Shown here piece by piece: positions 1 through 9,701 of a DNA stretch of 21,474 nucleotides. Position numbers and translations under genes: made by a program. Position 1 is the first letter of the stretch; every line of letters begins with the position of its first letter. Under the pieces are notes generated by a model. It had not been told where the DNA came from and searched no databases. It saw only the letters and a program-made list of their open reading frames with translations. This DNA comes from Perkinsela sp. CCAP 1560/9 (Eukaryota > Protista > Euglenozoa: Kinetoplastea), in assembly GCA_965644495.1 (NCBI GenBank), contig CBFFSA010000082.1, positions 1 through 21,474 of the forward strand, written 5' to 3'.

Positions 1-43
1 GATCACCAAATACAAAAAAAAAAGAAAAAAAAAGACAAGACAC

Positions 44-81
44 ATCTTTAACGATAAAGATACAGTTTCTGTACCTTGTTG
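44..81 (+). other. Spliced-leader (mini-exon)-like sequence, copy 1, without SL intron
   Basis: ATCTTTAACGATAAAGATACAGTTTCTGTACCTTGTTG contains the kinetoplastid/diplonemid SL core ACAGTTTCTGTAC and ends in TTG. It is followed by AATT rather than a GT donor. Identical copies at 755-792 and 5400-5437. Confidence 0.8.
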
Positions 82-720
82 AATTATTTCCCCTTTTCTT
101 CCATACACCATCTTCCAGACCATGGGAGGGCACCCCCCTCAAATACACTCCTTTTTGTCGGCATCCCCCTTCCCCGTCTCGTCCCATCACCCCCCTGCGC
201 CGCATCCCCCCACCTCACCCTCCCTCCGCAGTGCGCTTGCCCCCCTGTTGTGTTTCTCTCTCGCGTCCCCCACCCCCGTGTCAGCAGCCAAAAGTATACA
301 ATACTTGCTCACGGGGTGGGGGCAGAGTTCCTGGCAGATGGGCCCGTGCTTCGCCTCCTCTCGCCCCTGCGTCAGTCGCCCCGTGTCTCTCTCCGCGCTC
401 TTCTCCCTCGGCGTGACGACGTCTTTGTGTTTCGTGGCCTCCACGTCTCCCACCCTCGTACGGCAACCAAAAGTATTTATTACTGCTAACGGGGTGGGAG
501 CGGAGGTGCAGGACCATACGGGCCTGGGTGCATGCGGATCGGTGAGTGGGGTAGGGAGTGAGGGAAGGGAAGTACGAGAGGGCTAAGAGGAGTAGGTGTG
601 GAAAGTATGCGGAGTAAGGGAAAGTGAAGGGCCGTAAGTGTGGAAATTGTGGAAAAGTTGGACTCCATACATAAAAAGTTAGACCCAATACTATTCCCCC
701 CAATTATTTGCAAAAAAAAA
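44..720 (+). mobile_element. Short non-coding SL-headed retroposed element (putative non-autonomous CRE partner)
   Basis: Starts with SL plus AATTATTT, as element 2 does. It has a C-rich first half, an internal imperfect duplication with hairpins, and a G/A-rich second half. It ends in a tail (662-703) that recurs at 16625-16666, followed by poly(A). No credible ORF. Confidence 0.55.
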
Positions 721-725
721 ACGAT

Positions 726-801
726 AAAAGAAATCAACAAGGTACAGAAACTGTATCTTTAACGATAAAGATACAGTTTCTGTACCTTGTTGATTTCTTT
801 T
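726..801. repeat. Perfect palindrome built from the SL (36-bp arms, 4-nt loop ACGA); includes SL copy 2 at 755-792
   Basis: 726-761 AAAAGAAATCAACAAGGTACAGAAACTGTATCTTTA is the exact reverse complement of 766-801. Confidence 0.95.
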
Positions 802-825
802 CCCTTTATATCATCCTTACGCCCT

Positions 826-3800
826 ATGGTGACAACCCGGTCCAAAGCTAAGCAGGGTACCGACTTCCAGCACGAAGCTAGCGCGCACAAGCTTGGCTCT
901 TGGGATCAATTTGAAGCCAATAAAGATCTAGTCGAAGGGGTGAGTACATTCGAGGAGAGTCTTTATACCACGCCACTTCCACCTGATCCCTCATCTGAAT
1001 TATTGGAGCGCGCTGACAAGATTGCCTGCGACATTAAGAACTCCACAGAAGGCGAAACGCCAGACACAGGACACCAGAATGCTACCACCGAAGAAGAACT
1101 GTTCTCCAGTGCCCGCCCGACGGAAAGCCTCGAGTTCCAATTCGAAGGAGCCAATTCCTCTTCACTCAGCCAATTAAAGTCCTCTAGAAAGGCTGTGAAG
1201 GAGAAGTACGAGCGCCATAACCGCAGGGTAGGCTGTGCCGAATATGACTATGCTGATAACAGGCTAGTTTTTCCCGATCTCACGCCTCCTGATCTTCGCT
1301 TCTCAGTAAAGGGTAGCAGTAAAGGCCGTAAAAAGAAGAAACGCCCGAAGGGCATCAATCTTTCTCAGCTGGGTGCAGTGTCCGGGGCCGACAGCGAGGA
1401 ACGCGACAATATAGAGTCCAGCGCGAATTCACCCGGGCCACGCACTCATGCCACCGGAGTCATGGACAGCCCGTCTATCAAATTGTCCCAAAAGGAACAG
1501 AACACTAACACCCCCACGGGTAAGCGTAAACGTCACGTGCAGGTGTCGAAACCAGGGCCACGCGATTCCTCAGATACCGAAAGGCTCAATCAACCCCCCA
1601 ATACCACTCCAGAAAAGCCACCTACAGTCAATGGAAACACGCGGAAATGTCCTTCTCAGGGATGTGCATGGCAAACTGTGCCTCACGGGGGCCAATGGCA
1701 ATCCTTTTATAACCACGTATCCCACAGACACGGGGACGAGGTGCCTGATACCTGGTGGAACGAGGAGGGACGTTTCCGATGCAGGGATTGCAACAGGCAC
1801 TACAACCTAAGCAAACAGGTCACCCATGCCGAAAACTGCGCTTTCCGCTGCTCTTCTCCCCCACCTATCTCCGAACCTACACAGACAGGGGGCGACCCGA
1901 GGGACAACCCTGCATTTTTTGCCGCACAAGCCGTCGCCGAACCCCTTCCCTCCCTGGCGTCAATCTGTTCGACACCTCTCAACACATGCAAAGACATTCC
2001 CAACAGCTGTCGCCAGGGGTGGGCGAAAGTCTTCTGTGATTGTCTCTCTTCCGCTGTACGAGACAATACAGTTGAGGCCTGGACTCTTCTCGCCATGCTA
2101 CCGAAATGCGTACTACCGGCACCTCATCGTGGGGGGAGCAGGGCAAAACTATCGTACGCCTCGCACGTTCGGAAGTGTCTCGCCCGGTGGTCACGGAAAG
2201 AATTTCTCCCCCTTTGGAACGAAACAATTGCGAGCCTACAACACAAAAAACGCGTCGCACAAGCACAGAGTCCGGAGGACGAGATATCCAAATCTGCTAT
2301 GCGAGCTGAAAGACTCGTTCGCGACTCGGAACTATCTCGAGCCATGGCTGCCCTAACCTCTGAACCAGTAGCCCCGGATGACGATGATACTTACACTAAA
2401 CTCCAAGCTAAGCATCCATCCCGACTCGCTACGTCGGTGAAACCCCTCAGTTCATCGACGGAAATGGGACCAAAACCACTTCGAGCCACAGAGGAAGACG
2501 TAACGCAGGCTCTTGCAACTTTTCACCGGGGGTCATCGGGTGGCGCTTTTGGGCTACGCCCTGAACACGTACAAGTGGCACTAGAGTACCACCATGACGG
2601 CCGTACGGATCCATTGGGTACACTGACCGACTTTACGAACCACATGCTCGCGGGGCAAGTGCCGCTCGAAGTTCAGTGCTATTTCGCTGGAGGCCGCTTA
2701 TGCGCGTTAAAGAAAGGGGAGCGCGACGTGCGGCCAATAGCGGCCGGAGAGACGCTCCGTCGCCTGGTGAGCAAAGTCGCCTGTCTCTCCGCCAAAACAA
2801 CAGCTCGTAAGCTCTTCAAAGGACACCAATACGGTGTGGCCACTCCAGCAGGGTCTGAGCGCGTCATCCATCGATGCAGACAGACATTCGATTCTCACGT
2901 TGACGACAATGACTTCATTCTATGCAAAATTGACCTGAAAAACGCATTTAACCATGTCTCACGGGACTGGATCATTGCCCTTACTCGCGAACACTTTCCC
3001 GCTCTCAGTCACTACGTAGATTGGTGTTACTCTTCGGACAGCCTACTTACTTTCGGAACACGCACCATTCCGTCTTCTGAAGGAGTGCAACAAGGCGACC
3101 CCTTAGGTCCTCTCCTTTTTTCCCTGGTCCTGAGAGAAGTAGCGGCGGAAATTCACGCGGTAGCCCCAATGCTCGATTTGAATCTGTGGTATCTGGACGA
3201 CGGGGTGCTGGCTGGATCATCTGCTGATGTGCGGCACGCATTCGACGTGCTGGAAACCAAAGGACCACAACGGGGACTCCATATCAACGCCGCTAAATGT
3301 GAACTCGCCTTACACCCCTCATCATCCCCTCGCGCCTCCGTTTTCCCTGACATCCCTGGCCCGAATAAAAATTTAGAGGGTAATTTCAACATTTTAGGTA
3401 GCCCAGTCGAATCCACTGAATACTGTCATAAATTCCATTTGGACAATGCCTTCGAACTGGCCCAAGATTCCCTAACCGCTATAACTTTGCTCGAGGATCC
3501 CCAGATCGCTCTCTCCCTCATCCGGCATTGTACAGGCTTCTGCAAGATGGTCTACTCTCTCCGTACCACCCCGACATCTGCACTGCAAGATATATGTCGA
3601 CGCCTGGACGACACTGTTCAGTCCACTGTCGAAAACTTTTTCCACCCACTTGGCGATGACGCCCGGAGACAGACACAACGAGACAAGCGCTTCGGAGGGC
3701 TAGGGCTCCGTTCAGCAGAGGAACATTCCTCTTCTGCTTACGTGGCCTCCGTGGCATTCGCATCAAGGAAGGATGGCTGGGCCCCCACCGAAGCAAAAGG

Positions 3801-4815
3801 TTTCGAAGAAGCAGTGAGCGATGTCAACAATCGCGCTGGACTGAATCTGGTAGACGGCGAAAATGGCACAATACCCAAGAGCATGGTTGTGTCAGATCGT
3901 TCCCTCTTTAGTACTATCGAAGCGAGCGAATCTAGAAATGAAGCGGTAGTTCCCAGACAACGGGATCTCAGTCACTCGATCTCTTCCCAGGAATACAACA
4001 ACGCGCTTAATACCGCTGACCCGCGGACGAGGGCCCGATGGATCTCTGAAACGGGGGAAGGAGCGTCGGAGTGGGCATTTGTTTTGCCTTCCAAGAAGAA
4101 CGGTCACGCATATACCCCGACAGAGTTCCGGATGCTGGTACGCTGGTGGCTTGGGGAGAACATATACCCCGGCACCCGACCTTGCCCCATGGACAAATGC
4201 ACGCAGCCGCTTGGTCCAGAGGGGGATCACGCGATGTCGTGCAAAAGCGGGCATGGTATCATTTCCCGACACAATGCTCTGGCAACACAGTTTGCGGCGG
4301 AGTGTTCCAAGGCCGGGCTCGCCCCCAAACGAGAGGTCAGCCTGGGAAACAAGGGTCCGGGGGGCACCCTCACTAGGCCTGCAGATGTCTTTATAGACAG
4401 CCACCTCGGTCGGTCCCTTGTACTCGACTTCGCTGTCACCCATGTCCAGCAACAAAAGTATACGGACACAGTCCGTGACGCTAACTGGGTGACGGCGGGG
4501 TCGTTCGCGGAACAATATGCCACCGTGAACAAGAGCATGCAACGCGCAGAGGCGACTGCAGCACACTTTAAGTTCGGAGCCATGGTCGTAGAATCCTACG
4601 GCTCGTGGTGTCCCAGCGCAATGTCTGTTCTCCGAGAGGTCGCAGTAGCTAGGGCGGCTAAATCGGGCAGTGACGTATCGAAGGGGGCGGCCTTACATCA
4701 GATTCTCACAGCTCTGAATGTAACACTGATGAGGTCGCAGGCCCGAATGCTAGTCTTGCGATTACCCGCAACGGGCCCCGACCTGGCTCTCCTGGGGTAC
4801 GGGAAGGAAGAGTAG
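826..4815 (+). CDS. CRE/SLACS-like retrotransposon protein, 1329 aa: LsmAD-like N-terminus, basic NLS-like patch, C2H2 and C2HC zinc fingers, reverse transcriptase, CCHC knuckle, restriction-like endonuclease
   Basis: The first ATG after the SL is at 826 (the ORF-track TTG start lies inside the SL). Zinc fingers: CPSQGC..HVSHRH and CRDC..H...C. RT: VRPIAAGETLRRL, KIDLKNAFN, GVQQGDPLGPLLF, WYLDDG, GGLGL. Knuckle and REL: CPMDKC..DHAMSC, RHN, RPAD..LDFAV, VESYG. Confidence 0.93.
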   Translation: MVTTRSKAKQGTDFQHEASAHKLGSWDQFEANKDLVEGVSTFEESLYTTPLPPDPSSELLERADKIACDIKNSTEGETPDTGHQNATTEEELFSSARPTESLEFQFEGANSSSLSQLKSSRKAVKEKYERHNRRVGCAEYDYADNRLVFPDLTPPDLRFSVKGSSKGRKKKKRPKGINLSQLGAVSGADSEERDNIESSANSPGPRTHATGVMDSPSIKLSQKEQNTNTPTGKRKRHVQVSKPGPRDSSDTERLNQPPNTTPEKPPTVNGNTRKCPSQGCAWQTVPHGGQWQSFYNHVSHRHGDEVPDTWWNEEGRFRCRDCNRHYNLSKQVTHAENCAFRCSSPPPISEPTQTGGDPRDNPAFFAAQAVAEPLPSLASICSTPLNTCKDIPNSCRQGWAKVFCDCLSSAVRDNTVEAWTLLAMLPKCVLPAPHRGGSRAKLSYASHVRKCLARWSRKEFLPLWNETIASLQHKKRVAQAQSPEDEISKSAMRAERLVRDSELSRAMAALTSEPVAPDDDDTYTKLQAKHPSRLATSVKPLSSSTEMGPKPLRATEEDVTQALATFHRGSSGGAFGLRPEHVQVALEYHHDGRTDPLGTLTDFTNHMLAGQVPLEVQCYFAGGRLCALKKGERDVRPIAAGETLRRLVSKVACLSAKTTARKLFKGHQYGVATPAGSERVIHRCRQTFDSHVDDNDFILCKIDLKNAFNHVSRDWIIALTREHFPALSHYVDWCYSSDSLLTFGTRTIPSSEGVQQGDPLGPLLFSLVLREVAAEIHAVAPMLDLNLWYLDDGVLAGSSADVRHAFDVLETKGPQRGLHINAAKCELALHPSSSPRASVFPDIPGPNKNLEGNFNILGSPVESTEYCHKFHLDNAFELAQDSLTAITLLEDPQIALSLIRHCTGFCKMVYSLRTTPTSALQDICRRLDDTVQSTVENFFHPLGDDARRQTQRDKRFGGLGLRSAEEHSSSAYVASVAFASRKDGWAPTEAKGFEEAVSDVNNRAGLNLVDGENGTIPKSMVVSDRSLFSTIEASESRNEAVVPRQRDLSHSISSQEYNNALNTADPRTRARWISETGEGASEWAFVLPSKKNGHAYTPTEFRMLVRWWLGENIYPGTRPCPMDKCTQPLGPEGDHAMSCKSGHGIISRHNALATQFAAECSKAGLAPKREVSLGNKGPGGTLTRPADVFIDSHLGRSLVLDFAVTHVQQQKYTDTVRDANWVTAGSFAEQYATVNKSMQRAEATAAHFKFGAMVVESYGSWCPSAMSVLREVAVARAAKSGSDVSKGAALHQILTALNVTLMRSQARMLVLRLPATGPDLALLGYGKEE

Positions 4816-4973
4816 CAAAGCGGCCAAGAGGTGGAAAACCTCGTGGGCAAGGGTGGGGCGGTAAGTGTCGTGGTTGCTTTGTTTGGTTCCTGGTTCTGCA
4901 GGGGGGTTGTGGCCAGCGTCGGACGGTCCTGCGGGCAATAAGGTCCGGGGTAGTGAGAGAGGTGGCAGGTTGA

Positions 4974-5023
4974 GGTTTGCTCGTTTCGGGTTTGCTTGGT
5001 TTGGGTTTGCTCGGTTTGGTTGG
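4974..5023 (+). repeat. Degenerate ~15-nt G/T-rich tandem repeat in the 3'UTR of element 1
   Basis: GGTTTGCTCGTTTCG / GGTTTGCTTGGTTTG / GGTTTGCTCGGTTTG. Confidence 0.7.
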
Positions 5024-5399
5024 GCTTTACATACATTTGCTAGTTTTGGGCTCACCAAAAAAAAAAAAGAAAAAGACATTTTATGTATAAAATGGTTTTC
5101 TATAGACGCAAATTAAGAAAATTTCATGTTGGAGTTTCTTGAACACACAACATTCTATAAATTGAATCAAAAAAAAAAAAACAAAACTGAGATAAAATTG
5201 CTAATTTGATTGCTTGTTTTCAACTCGTTTCCCCCCCCCCCCCCAATGGACCTACTTGGTTCGTCTACTGGGTCAAAATATAGAGGCAATGCCGCGACTC
5301 ATACTTCTCCCCCCTCATTAATTGCAAAAAAAAAAAAGAAGAAAGAAAGGAAAAAAAACAAAGACAAAAAAACAAAGACAAAAACACAAAAAAAATAAA

Positions 5400-5437
5400 A
5401 TCTTTAACGATAAAGATACAGTTTCTGTACCTTGTTG
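5400..5437 (+). other. Spliced-leader-like sequence, copy 3, heading element 2
   Basis: Identical to 44-81. Preceded by an A-rich tract and followed by AATT, not GT. Confidence 0.8.
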
Positions 5438-5473
5438 AATTATTTTCTTTTCTTTATCTCACTCTTACGCCCC

Positions 5474-8400
5474 ATGGTTGTTTTAACTCGACCTAAGGCG
5501 AAGCAGGTCTCGAACTTCGAGCGCGAGGTGAAAGCACACACACTCGGCTGCTGGGACCAATTCGACGCAAACAAGGACCTTGTTGAAGGCAAGAGTACGT
5601 ACCATGTAGACTTATACACTACGCCCCTCCCACCTAATCCTTCAGCTGAATCTTTACGGCGAGCGGACGAGATTGCACTCAGCATTACGAACTCTGTGGA
5701 AGGTGAGACACCAGATACAGGGCAACAGCAGACAAGCACGGAAGAGGAACTTTTCTCCAGTGTCCGTCCAACTGAGGACTTCGAATTCCAGTTTGCGGGA
5801 GCAGAATCTTCTTCACTCAGCCTATCAAAAACCACAAATAAGGCTGTGAAGGAGAGGTGCGAACGACATATCCGGAGGTCATACGACAACGAATATAATT
5901 ACGAAAAAGATGAATTGCTCTTCCCCGATCTAACTCCTGAAGACCTTACTGTGTCTGTGAATGGATGCGGAAAAGGACGGAAAAAGAAGAAGCGACCCAA
6001 GAGCATCTCCCTTTCCCAATTGTGTGCTGAGTCCGGGGCCGACAGCGACGACCGTGACACCGCACAATCAAGTTCCAACTCCCCTAGGCCATACACTCCT
6101 GAGGCTGAAAGTGACAGCAATCTGTCTGCGGCATCATCTCCGAAAAAAACGGACACAAAACCCCATGCGGACACTTCAGTAAGTCTCAAGCGACACCGAC
6201 GCCCATTAACCTCCAGAAACGCCGAGTCATCTAAAAGCACGCCCGCCCCCATTATTAGCACACCAAGTCGGCCCAGGAAATGCCCCTTGGATTCATGTAC
6301 CTGGGAAACAGGGCCGCACGGCGACCAATGGTAAGCCTTTTACAACCACGTGGCTAACAGACATGGGGAAGAAGTGGCGGAATCATGGTGGACAGAGGAG
6401 GGAAGATTCCTATGCCCGGGTTGCAAAAAGCACTACTCCATGCGCAAGCAAGCAACACACAAGATGCACTGCAGGTTTCGCACGCCGTCACCCAAACCTT
6501 CGCATGGTTCCTCCGCTGGCTCCAAAGATTACCCCGTCCCGCCCCCAAATTCCGTTACTGAGCACCACCCTGAGCAGCAGCTTAGCGAGAACACTATGCA
6601 AGGCGCCCCAACAGTGGAAGATCTGCCGTCCCTATCATCAGTATGCGCCTTGTCCGTCAATACCTGCAAAAATATCCCAAACAGCTGTAAGCCTGAATGG
6701 GCGAAAACACTTACCGAATGCATGGCGGCGGCCGTACGTGACAACACCATCGAGGCTTGGACCCTGCTGGCTATGTTACCTAAATGTGTAATTCCAGCAC
6801 CACGACGCGGCGGGGACAAGGGTAAAGCCTCATACGCCTCCCACGTCCGCAAATGCCTTTCCAGATGGAAGAACAAGGAATTTCTACCACTTTGGAACGA
6901 GGCGTTGTCAAGCCTGAAGCGTAAGCGGAAAAGTTCTCCACAGGCTCAGAGCATTGAAGAGGAGGATCAGAAAGCTGCGCTCCGAGCAGTACGCCTCGTG
7001 CGAGATGGTGAACTTTCCCGCGCAATGACTGCGTTGACATCCGAACCACTTGCCCCAAACGATGACACGACTTATCAAAAGCTCCAGGCGAAACACCCGT
7101 CTCGACTTCTGGGTCCAAGTCCGATTACCACGCCTTCTTTGGATATTAAACCGATCACCGCAACCGAAGAGGACATCATTACGGCGCTTTCCAGCTTTCA
7201 CCGAGGTTCCTCAGGGGGAGCTCTCGGACTTCGGCCTGAGCACCTACAAGTAGCAGTGCAATTCCATCACGACGCCAGGACAGATCCGCTCGGTACGCTC
7301 ATGAAACTTATTAGTCATATGCTAGCGGGCAAAGTACCACTTGAAGTCCAACACTGCTTCGCCGGCGGACGCTTATGTGCTTTACACAAGGGTCAGGGTG
7401 ATGTCCGCCCCATTGCCGCAGGGGAAACCTTCCGCCGACTAGCGAGCAAGATAGGATGTCTGTCTGCAAAGGCGAAATCCAGAACGCTCTTCAAAGATCA
7501 ACAATATGGAGTGGCGACGCCCGCAGGAGCCGAACGTGTTATCCACATTTGCAGGCGCCTGGTTGCGCACCACGTCAATAACGAGGATTTTGTGCTATGC
7601 AAGGTTGACCTTCGCAACGCTTTCAATCACATTTCAAGAAATAGCTTTATGGCCTTGACACGGCATCATTTCCCTGAGTTGAGCCCGTTCGTGGAATGGT
7701 GCTACAGTTCGGACAGTAACCTGACATTCGGCGCACGTGTAGTTCAATCCTCTGAAGGCGTACAACAAGGAGACCCGCTCGGACCCCTTTTGTTCTCGCT
7801 CGTCATGAGAGAAATGGCCGCAGAAATTAAGGCCGGAGCTCCTGATCTTCATCTCAATCTCTTGTACCTTGATGATGGCGTCCTTGCAGGCCAGGCTTCT
7901 GATGTACGTCACGCACTAGATATCATCGAAATTGGAGGGCCAAAGTGGGGTCTGAACCTCAATCCGTCCAAGTGCGAAATAATCACATACCCTTCCTCAT
8001 CTCATCAAACTACCCACTTTCCTGACATTCCCGGGCTCAACATCAATATGGAAGGTAATCTGAGCATCTTGGGAAGCCCCATCGGATCTACGACGTACAG
8101 CCGTCAGTTCCTCCTCGACAGCGCGATTTCCCAGGCGGAGGAATCCCTTGAAGCGATCGAGAAACTGGAGGACCCTCAGGTCGCTTTCTCTCTCATCCGA
8201 CAGTGCACAGGGTTTTGCCAGATGGTTTACTCCCTTCGCACGACGCCGACGGACGAACTACTGGACTTATGTCGCAGACTCGACAACGCCGTTCAGCGTA
8301 CGGTTGAAACGTTTTGTCGCCCACTGAGTGACATGGCTCGACGACAAGCACAAAGAAATAAACAGTTCGGCGGTCTCGGCCTTCGCTCAGCGGAAATGCA

Positions 8401-9490
8401 TGCCACCTCAGCGTACGTAGCTTCAGTAGCTTTCGCTTCCGACAAGGATCGATGGGATGCAAATGTGGCTGAGGGCTTTTCTTACGCCGTGGAGGACATT
8501 AACCGGCGTGTAGGGGGGTGTATGGTGGACAAATCTACCGGGAAAATCCACAAGGACTCCGTCATAAAGAGATGCCCCTTCTCGCCCTCCCCCGATATTG
8601 ACCTTTCTCAAGATTTGGCGATTCCTCGACAACGCGATCTCAGTCATGCGATTTCAGCGAGAGACTTTGAGGAAGATTACGCAAGAGCGGATCCCCGCAC
8701 TCGGGCTAGGTGGCTCTCACAAACGGGCGACGGGGCATCCAACTGGGCCTTCACGGTTCCCTCAACTCTCTGCGGTCATTCCTACACCCCTACTGAATTT
8801 CGGACTCTGATTCGTTGGTGGCTCGGGGAGAGTATATACCCTCAAGGTCACAACTGCCCGATTCCGAATTGTCGCCTCCCACTCGGCCCTGGGGGGGACC
8901 ATGCGCTAGCCTGCAAGTGCGGCCACGGAATCATTACAAGGCACAACGCCCTAGCGGAACAGTTCTCCGCTGAATGCAGCAAGGCCGGGTTGAGCCCACA
9001 GAGAGAAGTCTCTCTGGGAAACAGGGGTCCGGGCGGCGCCCTCACGCGACCCACAGATGTCTATGTCCGGAACGGTGGTCTCGGTCAGGCCCTCGTCCTT
9101 GATTTCGCTGTCACACATGTTCAGCAACAAAAGTATACGGACCTGGTCCGTGATGCTAACATGGTGGCAGCCGGGTCATTCGCCGAGAGGTACGCCGTCG
9201 AACACAAGCGGAAGCAACGGGAGGAAGCTGAAGAGGCGAAGACCAAGTTCACAGCTATGGCTGTCGAAACATACGGATGCTGGAGTCCGGCCGCTATGTC
9301 GGTCTTGCGGGAAGTCTCGAAAGGCCAAGCTGCGACCTCAGGTGGAACACTTTCGCAAGGGGGGGCGTTACAGCAAATACTAACAAGTCTGAACGTCACC
9401 CTCATGCGCTCCCAGGCGCGTATGCTCGTTCTTCGCCTCCCCTCGGCGAACACAGGCCCTGCACTTGTGGGGTATGGCAAAGAAGAGTAA
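5474..9490 (+). pseudogene. CRE-like LsmAD/ZnF/RT/REL ORF interrupted by one in-frame TAA at 6332-6334
   Basis: Track ORFs 5432-6334 and 6350-9490 are in the same frame. GPHGDQW*AFYNHVANRH aligns with VPHGGQWQSFYNHVSHRH of element 1 (CAA vs TAA). RT (YLDDG) and REL (RPTD..LDFAV) are intact, and both proteins end GYGKEE. Confidence 0.88.
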
Positions 9491-9584
9491 GGAAAACTTC
9501 TGGCCTGGATGTTGGTCGAGTCGACAGAGTCTATGCTCACGCCTAGCCCGCGAGGGCTAGGTACCCCAAGTGAGGTAGCACACG

Positions 9585-9701
9585 GGAAGTAATGCATGAC
9601 TACCTACAAGGAATGTTATGCACACTTCCTGTGGGAGGCTGAGGTCGGATGATACTATATACTAAGTAAGGGATGGGAAGCATGAAAGGGGGGAAAGTAT
9701 T
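9585..9701 (+). repeat. 117-bp perfect inverted repeat, left copy
   Basis: GGAAGTAATGCATGAC...GGGGGGAAAGTATT is the exact reverse complement of 16013-16129. Confidence 0.95.

Larger units (their letters stand above)
755..5075 (+). mobile_element. CRE-clade non-LTR retrotransposon, element 1 (apparently full length)
   Basis: SL, a 33-nt pyrimidine-rich 5'UTR, a single RT-REL ORF, a G/T-rich 3'UTR, and an A-rich tail at about 5057-5075. Confidence 0.85.

Noticed and set aside
44-200. Bona fide SL RNA gene
   Set aside because: None of the three SL exons is followed by a GT donor, intron or T-tract terminator.
76-740. Short ORFs in the first element and TTG starts at 76, 787 and 5432
   Set aside because: The translations are low-complexity and the TTG starts lie inside the SL sequence.
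826-1119. Host ataxin-2/PBP1 gene disrupted by an insertion
   Set aside because: The LsmAD-like segment is in frame with RT in two diverged elements, and no Lsm domain or PAM2 motif is recognisable, so it is part of the element.
3892-4566. 224-aa antisense ORF and other ORFs nested in the RT genes
   Set aside because: No recognisable motifs; these are expected shadow ORFs of GC-rich coding DNA.
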